Positions 19,878 to 29,204 of a stretch of 64,000 nucleotides of DNA are shown one piece after another; position 1 is the first letter of the stretch, and each line of letters begins with the position of its first letter. The position numbers were made by a program, and so were the translations under genes. The stretch is from the IMG/VR virus record IMGVR_UViG_3300046779_001841, positions 1-64,000 of that record. The stretch is one strand, 5' to 3'. This DNA is from a virus (lineage: Duplodnaviria > Caudoviricetes). The notes under the pieces are model-generated. The model had not been told where the DNA came from. It saw nothing but the letters and a program-made list of their open reading frames with translations, and searched no databases.

Positions 19878-20843
19878 ATGATTAAATTGATTTGGCGAAC
19901 TGATGTACATTTTAGTGATTTTACTCCTACCAAAAGAACAGGTAACTGGACTGATGATGTTTCAGCTAAACTAGCTTGGATTGGAAAATTTACTCATCTC
20001 AATAATATTGATGGTGTGATTGATGGTGGTGATTTCTTTGATATTAAAACACCATCTAAAAATTCACATAGTCTTGTTTCTAAAACTGCTAAAATTCACA
20101 AAGAATATGCTTGTCCTATTTATACTCTTGTTGGCAATCATGATGTTAAATATGGCAATATTGACTATATTGAAGAACAACCTTTAGGTGTTTTATTTAA
20201 TGCTGGTGTCTTTGAACAATTTGGTGGTCTTAAAGAAGTCATCTTTCAAAAAGACGATCTCAAAGTTCGATTGGTAGGTATTGCTTATCATGGTACAAGC
20301 TATGATTGGGATTTAATCCGAAATATCAAGAAACAAGATGAAGATTACTTGCTTGTTGCTTGTCATTTATTGGCAAGTGAAAAAGGTGGTGTTGGTGCAA
20401 TGTATGAAGGTGAAGATATTGTACCGTATAGCGAACTACTACATCAAGGTGTAGATGGATGGTTCTTTGGTCATTGGCATAAAGATCAAGGAATTACAGT
20501 TAAAGGTAATACAACAATAGTGAATACTGGCAGTTTAACTCGTGGTGCTTTACATCTGGATGATTTGGAAAGACAACCATGTATAGTAGAAGTTCAAGCA
20601 ACGAAAGAGAAGATAGAATTTATAAGACATAATATACCAGTTCGTGATGTGTTAGATGCTTTTAAAGTAGAAGAAACAATATCTAAAAGAGAAAATAAAG
20701 ATAAGATGGAAGAAGTCGTTGAGAAAATGAAATCTTTATCTATTGAAGGACATGGATTAAGTTTAAGAGATCGTATTCAACAAGTTAAAGAAGTGGAAGA
20801 TATAATTAAACAGATAGCGATAGAATATATAGAAAAAATATAA
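19878..20843 (+). CDS. sbcD: SbcD/Mre11-like metallophosphoesterase nuclease
   Basis: TDVH, DGGDFFD, GNHD, CHLL and GHWH motifs. Confidence 0.88.
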   Translation: MIKLIWRTDVHFSDFTPTKRTGNWTDDVSAKLAWIGKFTHLNNIDGVIDGGDFFDIKTPSKNSHSLVSKTAKIHKEYACPIYTLVGNHDVKYGNIDYIEEQPLGVLFNAGVFEQFGGLKEVIFQKDDLKVRLVGIAYHGTSYDWDLIRNIKKQDEDYLLVACHLLASEKGGVGAMYEGEDIVPYSELLHQGVDGWFFGHWHKDQGITVKGNTTIVNTGSLTRGALHLDDLERQPCIVEVQATKEKIEFIRHNIPVRDVLDAFKVEETISKRENKDKMEEVVEKMKSLSIEGHGLSLRDRIQQVKEVEDIIKQIAIEYIEKI

Positions 20844-20884
20844 GCACTACACACTCGAATTTTTGAAAAAAAGGTGTATGCTTT

Positions 20885-21886
20885 ATGGATTTAAATAGTA
20901 AAATACTTTCAAGTAGAAATCTTGAAAGTGATAATGATATGAATGTTCTTTACTGGTCGCATTTAAAGGTAATGAGAGAATGTCCACAAAAATTCTTGTG
21001 GTCAAGAGGTAATCCAGAAATTGATCTTGGTGCTGGTCTTGGCAAACCTAAACCTTTACCTGCAGAAGAAGAAAGAGCAAGTGAACATTATGCTTTAATG
21101 GGTTCTGTATTATCAAGAGTAGTCGAATTACTATATAATGATGAATTATGGAAAGAACCAACTTTATTAAAAGATCGTGTTGAAGAAATTGCACGAAAAG
21201 AATTTATCTTGCAAGAACAAGGTAAATATCTTGATTGGCGTTTTATGCCTAGAGAAGAAGCAATCGCAACTTGTGTAACAGGTGCAGTAAATTATCTCAA
21301 GATTATGAAACATAATAAATTGTTGGGTCCTTATGCTAGATCTGAAGTCAAAATGGAAACATGGCTAACACCATCCATTAAAGATTTAAAGATTTGTGGT
21401 ATTGCAGATTTAATCTTTAGAGATAGTAATGATAAAGTACATATCCTTGATGGTAAAAATGCAGGCACTCCAGGTAAATATGAAGATGATGATCAATTAA
21501 GATGGTATGCTTTATGTTATCGACTTGCTTATGGTGTTAATCCAGATCGTTTAGCTTTCTTCTATTTTAGATTCCCACCAAATGAAAAACCAGATATTAA
21601 ATTTGATGGTGATTGGAATGGCATGATCGAAGTATCATTTACAGATGATGATATTAAAAGACTTGCCAAAGAAGCACTGGCAACACAAAAAGCAATTCAA
21701 AATAAAAACTTTGAAGCAAATCCTGTTCCTAAACATTGTGTAAATTGTCCATATGAAAGTGTATGCGAACCAAGAGTAGCACAAAAGAAACATAACTCAG
21801 CTAAAAGAGGATTGGGAAAGACAAATACAACAGATCCATTTGATATAAATAATAGTTTGCCAGTGATTGATTTTGGGAAAAAATAA
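20885..21886 (+). CDS. PD-(D/E)XK RecB/Cas4-like exonuclease
   Basis: CPQKF, GIADLI, ILDGK, QLRWYAL and C-terminal CVNCPYESVC Fe-S-type cysteines. Confidence 0.85.
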   Translation: MDLNSKILSSRNLESDNDMNVLYWSHLKVMRECPQKFLWSRGNPEIDLGAGLGKPKPLPAEEERASEHYALMGSVLSRVVELLYNDELWKEPTLLKDRVEEIARKEFILQEQGKYLDWRFMPREEAIATCVTGAVNYLKIMKHNKLLGPYARSEVKMETWLTPSIKDLKICGIADLIFRDSNDKVHILDGKNAGTPGKYEDDDQLRWYALCYRLAYGVNPDRLAFFYFRFPPNEKPDIKFDGDWNGMIEVSFTDDDIKRLAKEALATQKAIQNKNFEANPVPKHCVNCPYESVCEPRVAQKKHNSAKRGLGKTNTTDPFDINNSLPVIDFGKK

Positions 21887-21893
21887 AACTTAA

Positions 21894-21902
21894 TAATATA
21901 AG
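21894..21902 (+). promoter_or_regulatory. Class-M motif TAATATAAG
   Basis: 36 nt upstream of ATG 21939. Confidence 0.55.
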
Positions 21903-21938
21903 TCATTTTGTCATTATTCTTAGCAAGAAAGGTTGTAT

Positions 21939-22217
21939 ATGACAAATGAAGAAATCAAAGCACTGATAGATAAAAAAACAGAGCTAGAAAGAAAAAAAGA
22001 ACGACTTTTAGGTAAAATGGAAAGTGCAAAAAATGCTTTATCTGAATTAGATGAAAGATTGATTGCAATGAACATTAAACCAAATCAGTTAGAAGAAGAA
22101 ATCAAGAAACTAACTGATTTAAAAGACGAAATGTTAACCACTTTAAACACAGAAGTTCAAGAAGCCGAACTTTCTCTTAACAGAATAGAACAAAGAATTA
22201 AGGAGATTTCACAATGA
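21939..22217 (+). CDS. Small coiled-coil protein
   Basis: Continuous heptad pattern, AAGG RBS, overlaps the clamp gene start. Confidence 0.7.
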   Translation: MTNEEIKALIDKKTELERKKERLLGKMESAKNALSELDERLIAMNIKPNQLEEEIKKLTDLKDEMLTTLNTEVQEAELSLNRIEQRIKEISQ

Positions 22218-23401
22218 AAATTGTAGTGTCTAAAAACGATTTAAAAGAAGCATTAAATCTTGCTCAAAATGTCTTAGGTGCTGGTGTTGATATTACATCT
22301 CACTTTGTATTTGAAATTGATGAAAAAAAGAATGTAAGTATTCTATCTTGCGAACCACCAAGACTGTTCTCTAAAGTTCCTTTATCTGGATCTACTGCAG
22401 AAGGTGAAGGTCAATTTACTCTTGAAGGTAAAAGACTTTTACTCGCAGTGAGTAATATTGCAGATACAGAAACTTTAACTTTCACTGAAAGTCAAGGCAC
22501 TGTTAAACTTGCTACTACTAAAGGTACTTTGACTTTTTCAAGTTTAGATCCAACAACATTCCCAAGCTGGTTATCTCAATATTCTGAAGCTAAAGAAATC
22601 AAAACATTGGCAAGTGAATTATTGCATGAAGGCTTAAATGCAGTTAAGAATTTCATTTCTGTTGATGAAACTAGACGACCTGAATTATGTCAATCTGCAA
22701 TTAAAGATGGTTTACTCTATGCAACAGATAGTTTTTCTATGTGTATCGTAAAAAATCCAGTGTTTGCAGATTTTGAATTGAAAGTTCATTTCAAAGATTA
22801 TCCTGCAGTCTTAAAGTTTTTGAAAACACATCAAGGTTATGATGTTGTTTTAAGTGAAACAGACAAAGCATATTTCTTTACTGTTGATGGTGCTTTACTT
22901 GGATTGATGAAAACACCATTTACACCATTCAAGATTCCTGGTAATTATGCACAATCATTTGATTGGGTGCCAAGAAGAGTATGGATTTTAGATAAACAAG
23001 ATCTTTTACAATCTATCAACTTTTTAGGTGCAGGTGCAGATAAGAATGATTATATCATGTCTTTTGAACATCCAGAAGGTTCAATGACTGAACCAACATT
23101 ATCTATGGATTCATCAAATAGCAATGATCCTTTGGTTGTCAGTATCAATCAAGCTATTCCAGAAACAGAAGCATTAGATTATCCAATGAAAATGTATTTT
23201 GATAGCTTAAAAGCAGAAGATAAGAAAGAAGATGTACCTAAGTTTAAATTCAATTTCTTATATTTGAAGAAAGCGATTGAAAATTTAGGTAATGAAGTTG
23301 TTCTTGGCACAACTAGAGAAGGTAATCATGGTTATATGTTGTTAAGAGAAAAGACTGGTTTGGATACAGATATTGTTTCTATTATTGCATGGGTTAGATA
23401 A
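22214..23401 (+). CDS. dnaN: DNA polymerase III beta-type sliding clamp
   Basis: 395 aa. MKIVVSKNDLKEAL, EGEGQFTLEGKRLL, DETRRPEL and LYATDSF match DnaN patterns. Confidence 0.75.
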   Translation: MKIVVSKNDLKEALNLAQNVLGAGVDITSHFVFEIDEKKNVSILSCEPPRLFSKVPLSGSTAEGEGQFTLEGKRLLLAVSNIADTETLTFTESQGTVKLATTKGTLTFSSLDPTTFPSWLSQYSEAKEIKTLASELLHEGLNAVKNFISVDETRRPELCQSAIKDGLLYATDSFSMCIVKNPVFADFELKVHFKDYPAVLKFLKTHQGYDVVLSETDKAYFFTVDGALLGLMKTPFTPFKIPGNYAQSFDWVPRRVWILDKQDLLQSINFLGAGADKNDYIMSFEHPEGSMTEPTLSMDSSNSNDPLVVSINQAIPETEALDYPMKMYFDSLKAEDKKEDVPKFKFNFLYLKKAIENLGNEVVLGTTREGNHGYMLLREKTGLDTDIVSIIAWVR

Positions 23402-23459
23402 TATTATTGATACTTTCTCTTGATTTCATATAAGAGAGATCAAGAGAAAGGAATTTAAA

Positions 23460-24071
23460 ATGAATATTAAGACAAGACTACATACACTTAAAATCTTAAA
23501 AGAAAATGTAGAAACTAAAATCAATAAACTAGATAAAGAAATTAAAGATAAAGATATTGAAATTTTTAATATGCAGTCTGCAAATTTGCTTTTAGAAAAG
23601 ATTAGTGAAGAAGAAGTAGAAAAAGGTATTAACACATATATCGCTTTACTAGATGAAGGATTAAAAGCTATTTTTCCTGAACAACAAGTTGGATTGAAAG
23701 CTGAGATCGATAAAGTTCGTGGCAAAGTTTCTGTTCGTTTAAAGACAACATTTAAAGGTGCGGATGGTTTAGAAATTGAATCGGAAAGTTTAGATGCTTT
23801 TGGTGGTGCAGTCGCAACAATACAATCTTTATTATTAAGAGTAGCATTGATTTTAAAGCGAGGATTAAGACCATTATTAGTGTTAGATGAAACATTTGCA
23901 CCTGTGGATGAGAATAGAATATCGTTATTGGTGGATTTTTTAAAAGTCTTATGTAGTAAATTAGATATGGATATTCTATGTGTTAGTCATAATTCAATCT
24001 TAACAGAAAATGCAGATATAGCATATAAGATCAAACCTACATCAAATGGTGCGGTGTTTGAGAAGATTTAA
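23460..24071 (+). CDS. sbcC: SbcC/Rad50 C-terminal half (signature-like motif, Walker B, H-loop)
   Basis: Short coil, then AFGGAV, LLVLDETF and CVSH. Confidence 0.85.
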   Translation: MNIKTRLHTLKILKENVETKINKLDKEIKDKDIEIFNMQSANLLLEKISEEEVEKGINTYIALLDEGLKAIFPEQQVGLKAEIDKVRGKVSVRLKTTFKGADGLEIESESLDAFGGAVATIQSLLLRVALILKRGLRPLLVLDETFAPVDENRISLLVDFLKVLCSKLDMDILCVSHNSILTENADIAYKIKPTSNGAVFEKI

Positions 24072-24076
24072 TAATC

Positions 24077-25354
24077 TTATTTTCCATAACTTGCTTTGGT
24101 AGCATTGTAATTATTCAATATCGTTGCATCACTTAGTGTATCATTCCATATATGTAAAGCACCTAATCTAAAATTAGCACCTGCACCACTTCCCATATTT
24201 GTTGCAGTAGGATAACCAAGAGCATAGTATAAACCTTTGGTTTCTGTATTATATGGTGTTTGTCTATTGAGTGTTGCAGAACCAGCTGATTGACCATTAA
24301 CATAAGATCTTAATGTTGTCCCATCATAAGTATAACCTACATAATGCCAAGTATTAAGTGATGCAGATACTGATGATGTAATTGTAGATGATGGATTAAG
24401 TTCGGATGTTTGTAGTGTATAAGAACCTTGAGATGGTCTTTTCCAAGCAACCTTTAAACCTTCACCACCACCATATTCTTGCATTCTAGCTTTAAATGAA
24501 TAAACAGTTCCTGCAGTTAAAGAGATAGTGCCTGTATGTAAAGAGAAGTTATTACTCATACCATGACCACCATACCAAGACACAACAACAGATCCATTTA
24601 TAATTAGATCACTACCATCATCTGAATCAATAGCAAAAGTGTATGTGCCTGTTTCAACTGGAACAAAAGTAGCATTAACTTCAAGAGAAAAATACTCGCC
24701 TGAATTAGGCACCACAGCACCTGCACTAGTTAAAGTAGTATATATAGAATTGTTTAAAGAAGTAGAAGCATTTAAATTACCATTCCAAGCAAGAGTAGTA
24801 TTTGAATATGCAGTATTAAATAATCTATCGAACTCAGATGTTGTTAAAGGATAATTTGCATATTGAGAAGAACTACCATTACCACCATGAGTGCTATATA
24901 TATTAACTCTTGTTTGTCCAGAGTATGGAAACACTGCAAATCTAGGTGTACCACTAATCCATTCAATTTGAGATATATTCCAACCATTAGAACTACTTTG
25001 AGATGTATTTCCTTGTTCTGTTAAGATCACACCATTACTCGTAGGGTAAACCCAAGTAAATACAGAAATCACTTCACTTGTATTCGCAGGAGATAAAGAA
25101 GAATTAAGATTAGTATTCGTTCGTATATAATTAGAAGATCCACTATCTAAAGATAAGTATTTTGGAGAACCACTTGTATAAGGAACAGAACCAACAAGAG
25201 TACCATTATTTGTGCTATCTAAATCAGTTATTGTAGATCCAGAACCACTATAAGAAGAAGTATCTTGAATATTCCAATAAGTGATCATAGAATCGCCAGA
25301 GATAAATGAGTATGTAGTAGTAGGTTTAACAATACCATGAGTAGCTAGAAACAT
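24077..25354 (-). CDS. LamG/ConA-like lectin protein with inserted PA14 domain (putative adhesin)
   Basis: TWHYVGYTYDG..LRSYVNG (LamG), YTFAIDSDDGSDLIING and QEYGGGEGLKVAW (PA14), N-terminal MFLATHGIVKP. Confidence 0.8.
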   Translation of the reverse strand: MFLATHGIVKPTTTYSFISGDSMITYWNIQDTSSYSGSGSTITDLDSTNNGTLVGSVPYTSGSPKYLSLDSGSSNYIRTNTNLNSSLSPANTSEVISVFTWVYPTSNGVILTEQGNTSQSSSNGWNISQIEWISGTPRFAVFPYSGQTRVNIYSTHGGNGSSSQYANYPLTTSEFDRLFNTAYSNTTLAWNGNLNASTSLNNSIYTTLTSAGAVVPNSGEYFSLEVNATFVPVETGTYTFAIDSDDGSDLIINGSVVVSWYGGHGMSNNFSLHTGTISLTAGTVYSFKARMQEYGGGEGLKVAWKRPSQGSYTLQTSELNPSSTITSSVSASLNTWHYVGYTYDGTTLRSYVNGQSAGSATLNRQTPYNTETKGLYYALGYPTATNMGSGAGANFRLGALHIWNDTLSDATILNNYNATKASYGK

Positions 25355-25356
25355 TT

Positions 25357-26115
25357 TTATAAACCATAACTTGCTTTGGTTGCATTATAATTATTAAGAA
25401 TAGTCGCATCACTAATGGCATCATTCCAAACATGAAATGCACCAAGTCTAAAAGATCCATCCGCACCACTACCCATATTTGTACTTGATCTATAACCTAT
25501 GTTATAATAATAACTTGTTGCACCATCATTATAAGGAGTTTGTCTATTGTTCTTAGCAAGAGAACCAGCAGGCTGACCATTAATATAACCTTTTAATGTA
25601 GAACCATCATAGGTGAAACCAATATAATACCAAGTGAAAGTACTAATTGTTAGTGTAGAAAGTAAAGTTTGAGTAGTTATTGATGTATACGGCCAAACAG
25701 CAAATCTTACTTTATTTCCACTTACCATTTCTATTTGAGAATCAAACCAATTAGTATCTGGATTCGTAGAACCTTGTTCGGATAAAACAAGACCAATAGT
25801 AGTTATAGGATATATCCAAATAAAAAGAGAAAGTGTAACACCAGTATTCGCAGGTGAAAGATATGGATTTAAATTTGCAGTATTAATATAGCGATCTTGT
25901 CTATTATCAAAATTAAAATAATTTGGAGAACCACTAACATAAGATAAAGCACCTACAATAGTACCATTAACAGATCCATCAAGGTCAGTAATAGTAGTTC
26001 CAGAACCATTATAGCAAGAAGTGTTTTGAAAATCCCAATAAGTGATCATACTTGCACCAGTAATGAAAGATGAAGTAGATGCAGGTTTGATAATACCATG
26101 AGTAGCTAGAAACAT
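25357..26115 (-). CDS. LamG/ConA-like lectin protein (putative adhesin), paralog without PA14
   Basis: Start at ATG 26115 (MFLATHGIIKP) after AAGGA. TWYYIGFTYDG..LKGYING, with a C-terminus nearly identical to 24077-25354. Confidence 0.8.
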   Translation of the reverse strand: MFLATHGIIKPASTSSFITGASMITYWDFQNTSCYNGSGTTITDLDGSVNGTIVGALSYVSGSPNYFNFDNRQDRYINTANLNPYLSPANTGVTLSLFIWIYPITTIGLVLSEQGSTNPDTNWFDSQIEMVSGNKVRFAVWPYTSITTQTLLSTLTISTFTWYYIGFTYDGSTLKGYINGQPAGSLAKNNRQTPYNDGATSYYYNIGYRSSTNMGSGADGSFRLGAFHVWNDAISDATILNNYNATKASYGL

Positions 26116-26216
26116 TATTCTTTCCTTGTAAAAACCTAACACAATAAATAAAAACAATATAAACAATATTATGTTTTGTATTATAAAAGACAAGAGATGT
26201 CACTTTAAGGTTATTT

Positions 26217-26597
26217 ATGAAAACAGAAGGTTCTATTAAACATAAACTTAAACAAGTTAAGTATCGTATAGTTCAAAAAGCTATTAGAAATTCTTTATCT
26301 AAAAAACCATGTAATTGCAAACATTCAGGTTTGGTAAGAGGTTCGAGTGGTGATGATCTATTCTATGTATGTTTATTAGATAGTGATAAACCTAAATTAT
26401 GGGAAGGCACTATTTGTGATCAATCTGTACCACCAAATTGTCCTTTCTTTAAATCAGAAAAAACAAAAGAAGAAATAGAACAAGAAATAGATGATTTGCT
26501 TCAAAGTGGAGATATGGGAAAAATAGCGAGTGTCTATCCAGATATTGCGGCCTTACTTTGGGTTTTAGATGAAAGTAAAGAAGAAGAAGATGAGTAA
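26217..26597 (+). CDS. Cys-rich hypothetical protein
   Basis: AAGG RBS and several Cys (PCNCKH, VC, IC, NC). Confidence 0.7.
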   Translation: MKTEGSIKHKLKQVKYRIVQKAIRNSLSKKPCNCKHSGLVRGSSGDDLFYVCLLDSDKPKLWEGTICDQSVPPNCPFFKSEKTKEEIEQEIDDLLQSGDMGKIASVYPDIAALLWVLDESKEEEDE

Positions 26598-27036
26598 GAT
26601 ACCTTTTGAAATTGTAAAAATTGAAAACAAAAAAGCACCTTTGTTTTTAGAATTACCAGTACCACCTTATTGTTATCCTATCTTAGTAGGTGGCAGTAAA
26701 ACCACGACTTTAAAATGGATGGAAAAAGCAACTCAAAAACATACTGTTCTTTGTTGGTCTGTTAATAATATATCTTTAGAAGAAGTATCTGAACAATGTA
26801 TTCTAGCTATTAAAGAAAGAGCAAAAAATGATAATTGGAACTCTTTTGCATCTACAGAAGAAGAAGCGATTAAAAGACTTAAATTAGAAGGTATTGAAAA
26901 AGTCAAAAGAATTGATGACATGGTTGTACCACAAGAACATGATCTGTTAGGTACAATTATTATCTTTGAAAACAAGTTTTATCCTGTGATACATAATTCT
27001 ATTCGTGCAATCTGTTTCATAGAAAACAAGGAGTAA
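26590..27036 (+). CDS. Hypothetical protein
   Basis: Overlapping start in an operon-like arrangement. Confidence 0.7.
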   Translation: MSKIPFEIVKIENKKAPLFLELPVPPYCYPILVGGSKTTTLKWMEKATQKHTVLCWSVNNISLEEVSEQCILAIKERAKNDNWNSFASTEEEAIKRLKLEGIEKVKRIDDMVVPQEHDLLGTIIIFENKFYPVIHNSIRAICFIENKE

Positions 27037-27040
27037 ATCA

Positions 27041-27418
27041 ATGCCTATACCTACCGATGAAGTAAAATTTGAAAAAGACTTGAAAGAGATCAAGTTTTAT
27101 TGGGAAGTCTTAAATCAAGTTTATTACTCTACTATGTCCAGACTTCATTTACTTAAAGAAAAAAATCCATATCTCATGCACCAAATTATGTATGGTATTA
27201 ATGTAGCAACAGATTGCATTTTTACTGCATATCAAAAAGATAGTAAAGTGTTCTTATGTAAGCACTGCAAACAATTATATATCCAAGATTTTCCTTGTTT
27301 AAATAATCAAAAATTGCCATGCGAACCTATGGATATTCAATATCATACAGATATGACATTTGAAGAAATGTATGACTACAAAACTCAAAAAAGGAATAAA
27401 AAAAATGAGTCAACTTAA
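27041..27418 (+). CDS. Hypothetical protein with CxxC
   Basis: AGGAG RBS and CKHC. Confidence 0.7.
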   Translation: MPIPTDEVKFEKDLKEIKFYWEVLNQVYYSTMSRLHLLKEKNPYLMHQIMYGINVATDCIFTAYQKDSKVFLCKHCKQLYIQDFPCLNNQKLPCEPMDIQYHTDMTFEEMYDYKTQKRNKKNEST

Positions 27419-27716
27419 AGGCAAACTACTAGATAGTAGATTTATGAAGATTGCAAAAAATTTGGCAAAACTCTTAGAAGCTAAGAACGAAGCCTATGGT
27501 AATGCTTTCACAAAAATTACAGAAATCTTAAAGATTTTGTATCCAGATGGTATTAAACCAGAACAATATCAAGATCTAGGATTAGTGATTAGAATTTTAG
27601 ATAAACTTTCAAGAATTGCCAAAGACAATGATCCTTTAGGTGAATCACCATTTCAAGATATAGCAGGATATGCTATTCTTGCTCAAACAATTAAGAAAGA
27701 ACTAACGAAGGTTTAA
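27405..27716 (+). CDS. Nucleotide-modification-associated domain protein (DUF1599-like)
   Basis: LLEAKNEAYGNAF, RILDKLSRI and ESPFQDIAGYAIL match this small all-alpha phage family. Confidence 0.7.
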   Translation: MSQLKGKLLDSRFMKIAKNLAKLLEAKNEAYGNAFTKITEILKILYPDGIKPEQYQDLGLVIRILDKLSRIAKDNDPLGESPFQDIAGYAILAQTIKKELTKV

Positions 27717-28367
27717 TCGTCTTTCTTCTCTTCTTCTATCTGCATCTCTTTCCATTGACCAAATTGCATCAGGATGCACGAAGTTCTTCTTTAAATAATT
27801 TTTCTCTTTTACATTACCTTTACCCCAATGATCTAAGAATTTTTTCATAATAACTTTATCTTTTCTTAGATCAGTAATCCATTGTTTATTTGTACCATGA
27901 TCTGCAATTACAAAAGCATTGTAACCTTTACGACTTAATAAGAAAGGTAACATATACTTCTCATCTTTAAAGAAATCTGGTGCAAAATTATTGATACGAC
28001 TAAATAGAAACCTATTCAAATCGATTGATGGAGTATTGTTTAGATACTCAGAAAGAAAAGCATGATCTGTTTTTAGATTCTTGGCATATAATAAAAACTC
28101 ACCTGTTGTTGAAAACATTTTAGAGTATTCATCTGTATGATTTAATAAATAATGATAAAATTGCATATCAATCTTAGCACCAAATGGTTTCCAAAAAAGT
28201 TCTTTCATTTCTTGATGAAAATCAGTCGCTTTTGAACGATCTTCCCAGCTTAAACCTTGTGCATTTAAAGTTGCGATCTTTTCTTCATAGGTATCAATTA
28301 AAGAAGAACTTGCTTTTTCAAGTCTAGCAAGTCTTGCTTCAAGAGAAGCAAGTTTAGTAAAATACAT
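27702..28367 (-). CDS. Leader-family protein (MYFTKLASLEARLARLEKAS)
   Basis: Leader motif, AAGG RBS and a class-L motif upstream. Confidence 0.8.
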   Translation of the reverse strand: MYFTKLASLEARLARLEKASSSLIDTYEEKIATLNAQGLSWEDRSKATDFHQEMKELFWKPFGAKIDMQFYHYLLNHTDEYSKMFSTTGEFLLYAKNLKTDHAFLSEYLNNTPSIDLNRFLFSRINNFAPDFFKDEKYMLPFLLSRKGYNAFVIADHGTNKQWITDLRKDKVIMKKFLDHWGKGNVKEKNYLKKNFVHPDAIWSMERDADRRREERRLNLR

Positions 28368-28406
28368 AGTATTAACCTTTCTGTTGTTCTTATTTTAAGA
28401 CAAGAA

Positions 28407-28421
28407 TATAAAAAGATTATT
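28407..28421 (-). promoter_or_regulatory. Class-L motif AATAA-N4-TTTATA
   Basis: AATAATCTTTTTATA, 39 nt upstream of 28367. Confidence 0.5.
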
Positions 28422-28475
28422 ATATCCATTCTATATATGGTGCTTTAGCATATATAAGTGAGAAAGGCATTAATC

Positions 28476-29024
28476 ATGTATAGAAAAAAATCAGATCTTG
28501 AACCAATGCTTGGTTATCCTGCAGGTATTTGCCAAGTTGTAGATCGAATAGATGATAATATTAAAAATGAAGATTTAGAAAAAGATCTTATCAGTAAAGT
28601 AGAAAAAGCAGAAGATTTAGACAATCAAGAAGCATTACTTGTATATCCAAGAATTTTAGAAACACCAATCGAAAACAATAAACTATATAACTTGATCGAA
28701 TTATCAAGTCATGCACAATATCGTATGGATTTACGAGGTGTTACAGTAGGCGATATTAAAGTTGCTCTTAAACATTTTGTTAAGAAATTTTATAATGAGA
28801 AATCTCAAAACACTGCTCAATATATAGTTTGGGAAAAAGCTATTCAAAGAGGTACTGATATGGTGTTTTTAGATACTAGATTAGGTAATCTCTTTTTATC
28901 TTTTGTTATTCTTAAAGGTAAAGTTGTTATCAAAACTTGTTATTTTAAAGATGAGAATAATCCAAGACCAAAGACTTGCAGAAAAAAACTTGCCATGTTG
29001 CGATTTAGATTAAATAATCTCTAA
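28476..29024 (+). CDS. Hypothetical protein with DUF4258-like HAxxRMxxRG motif
   Basis: SSHAQYRMDLRGVT. The C-terminus KKLAMLRFRLNNL resembles the leader motif. Confidence 0.6.
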   Translation: MYRKKSDLEPMLGYPAGICQVVDRIDDNIKNEDLEKDLISKVEKAEDLDNQEALLVYPRILETPIENNKLYNLIELSSHAQYRMDLRGVTVGDIKVALKHFVKKFYNEKSQNTAQYIVWEKAIQRGTDMVFLDTRLGNLFLSFVILKGKVVIKTCYFKDENNPRPKTCRKKLAMLRFRLNNL

Positions 29025-29077
29025 TTCTTCTTTACTTCTATTCTCTTATTTTCTAAAATAACTTATTCCTTTCATCT

Positions 29078-29185
29078 CAATGCCTTGTATATATTATGTG
29101 AAGAAGAAGTGTGTCAACATATACAAGGTGTTGTATTCCAGTGAGTTCTTTAATTTTCACACTTTCTTAAAGAACTAGGATACAA
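29078..29185 (+). ncRNA. Candidate structured RNA or leader (two hairpins with loop-loop complementarity)
   Basis: 15-bp stem 29078-29092/29119-29133, 10-bp stem 29144-29153/29167-29176, and loop AAGTGTG complementary to loop CACACTT. Confidence 0.45.
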
Positions 29186-29204
29186 ATGAAAGGTTTTTTC
29201 TATT

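Noticed and set aside
20885-21886. Cas4-like nuclease as evidence of a CRISPR-Cas locus
   Set aside because: No array or other cas genes are present. Solo Cas4/RecB-like exonucleases are common in phage recombination modules.
15745-26115. Diversity-generating retroelement or invertible shufflon for lectin genes
   Set aside because: No reverse transcriptase, no template/variable repeat pair differing at adenines, and no invertase or flanking inverted repeats were seen in the window.
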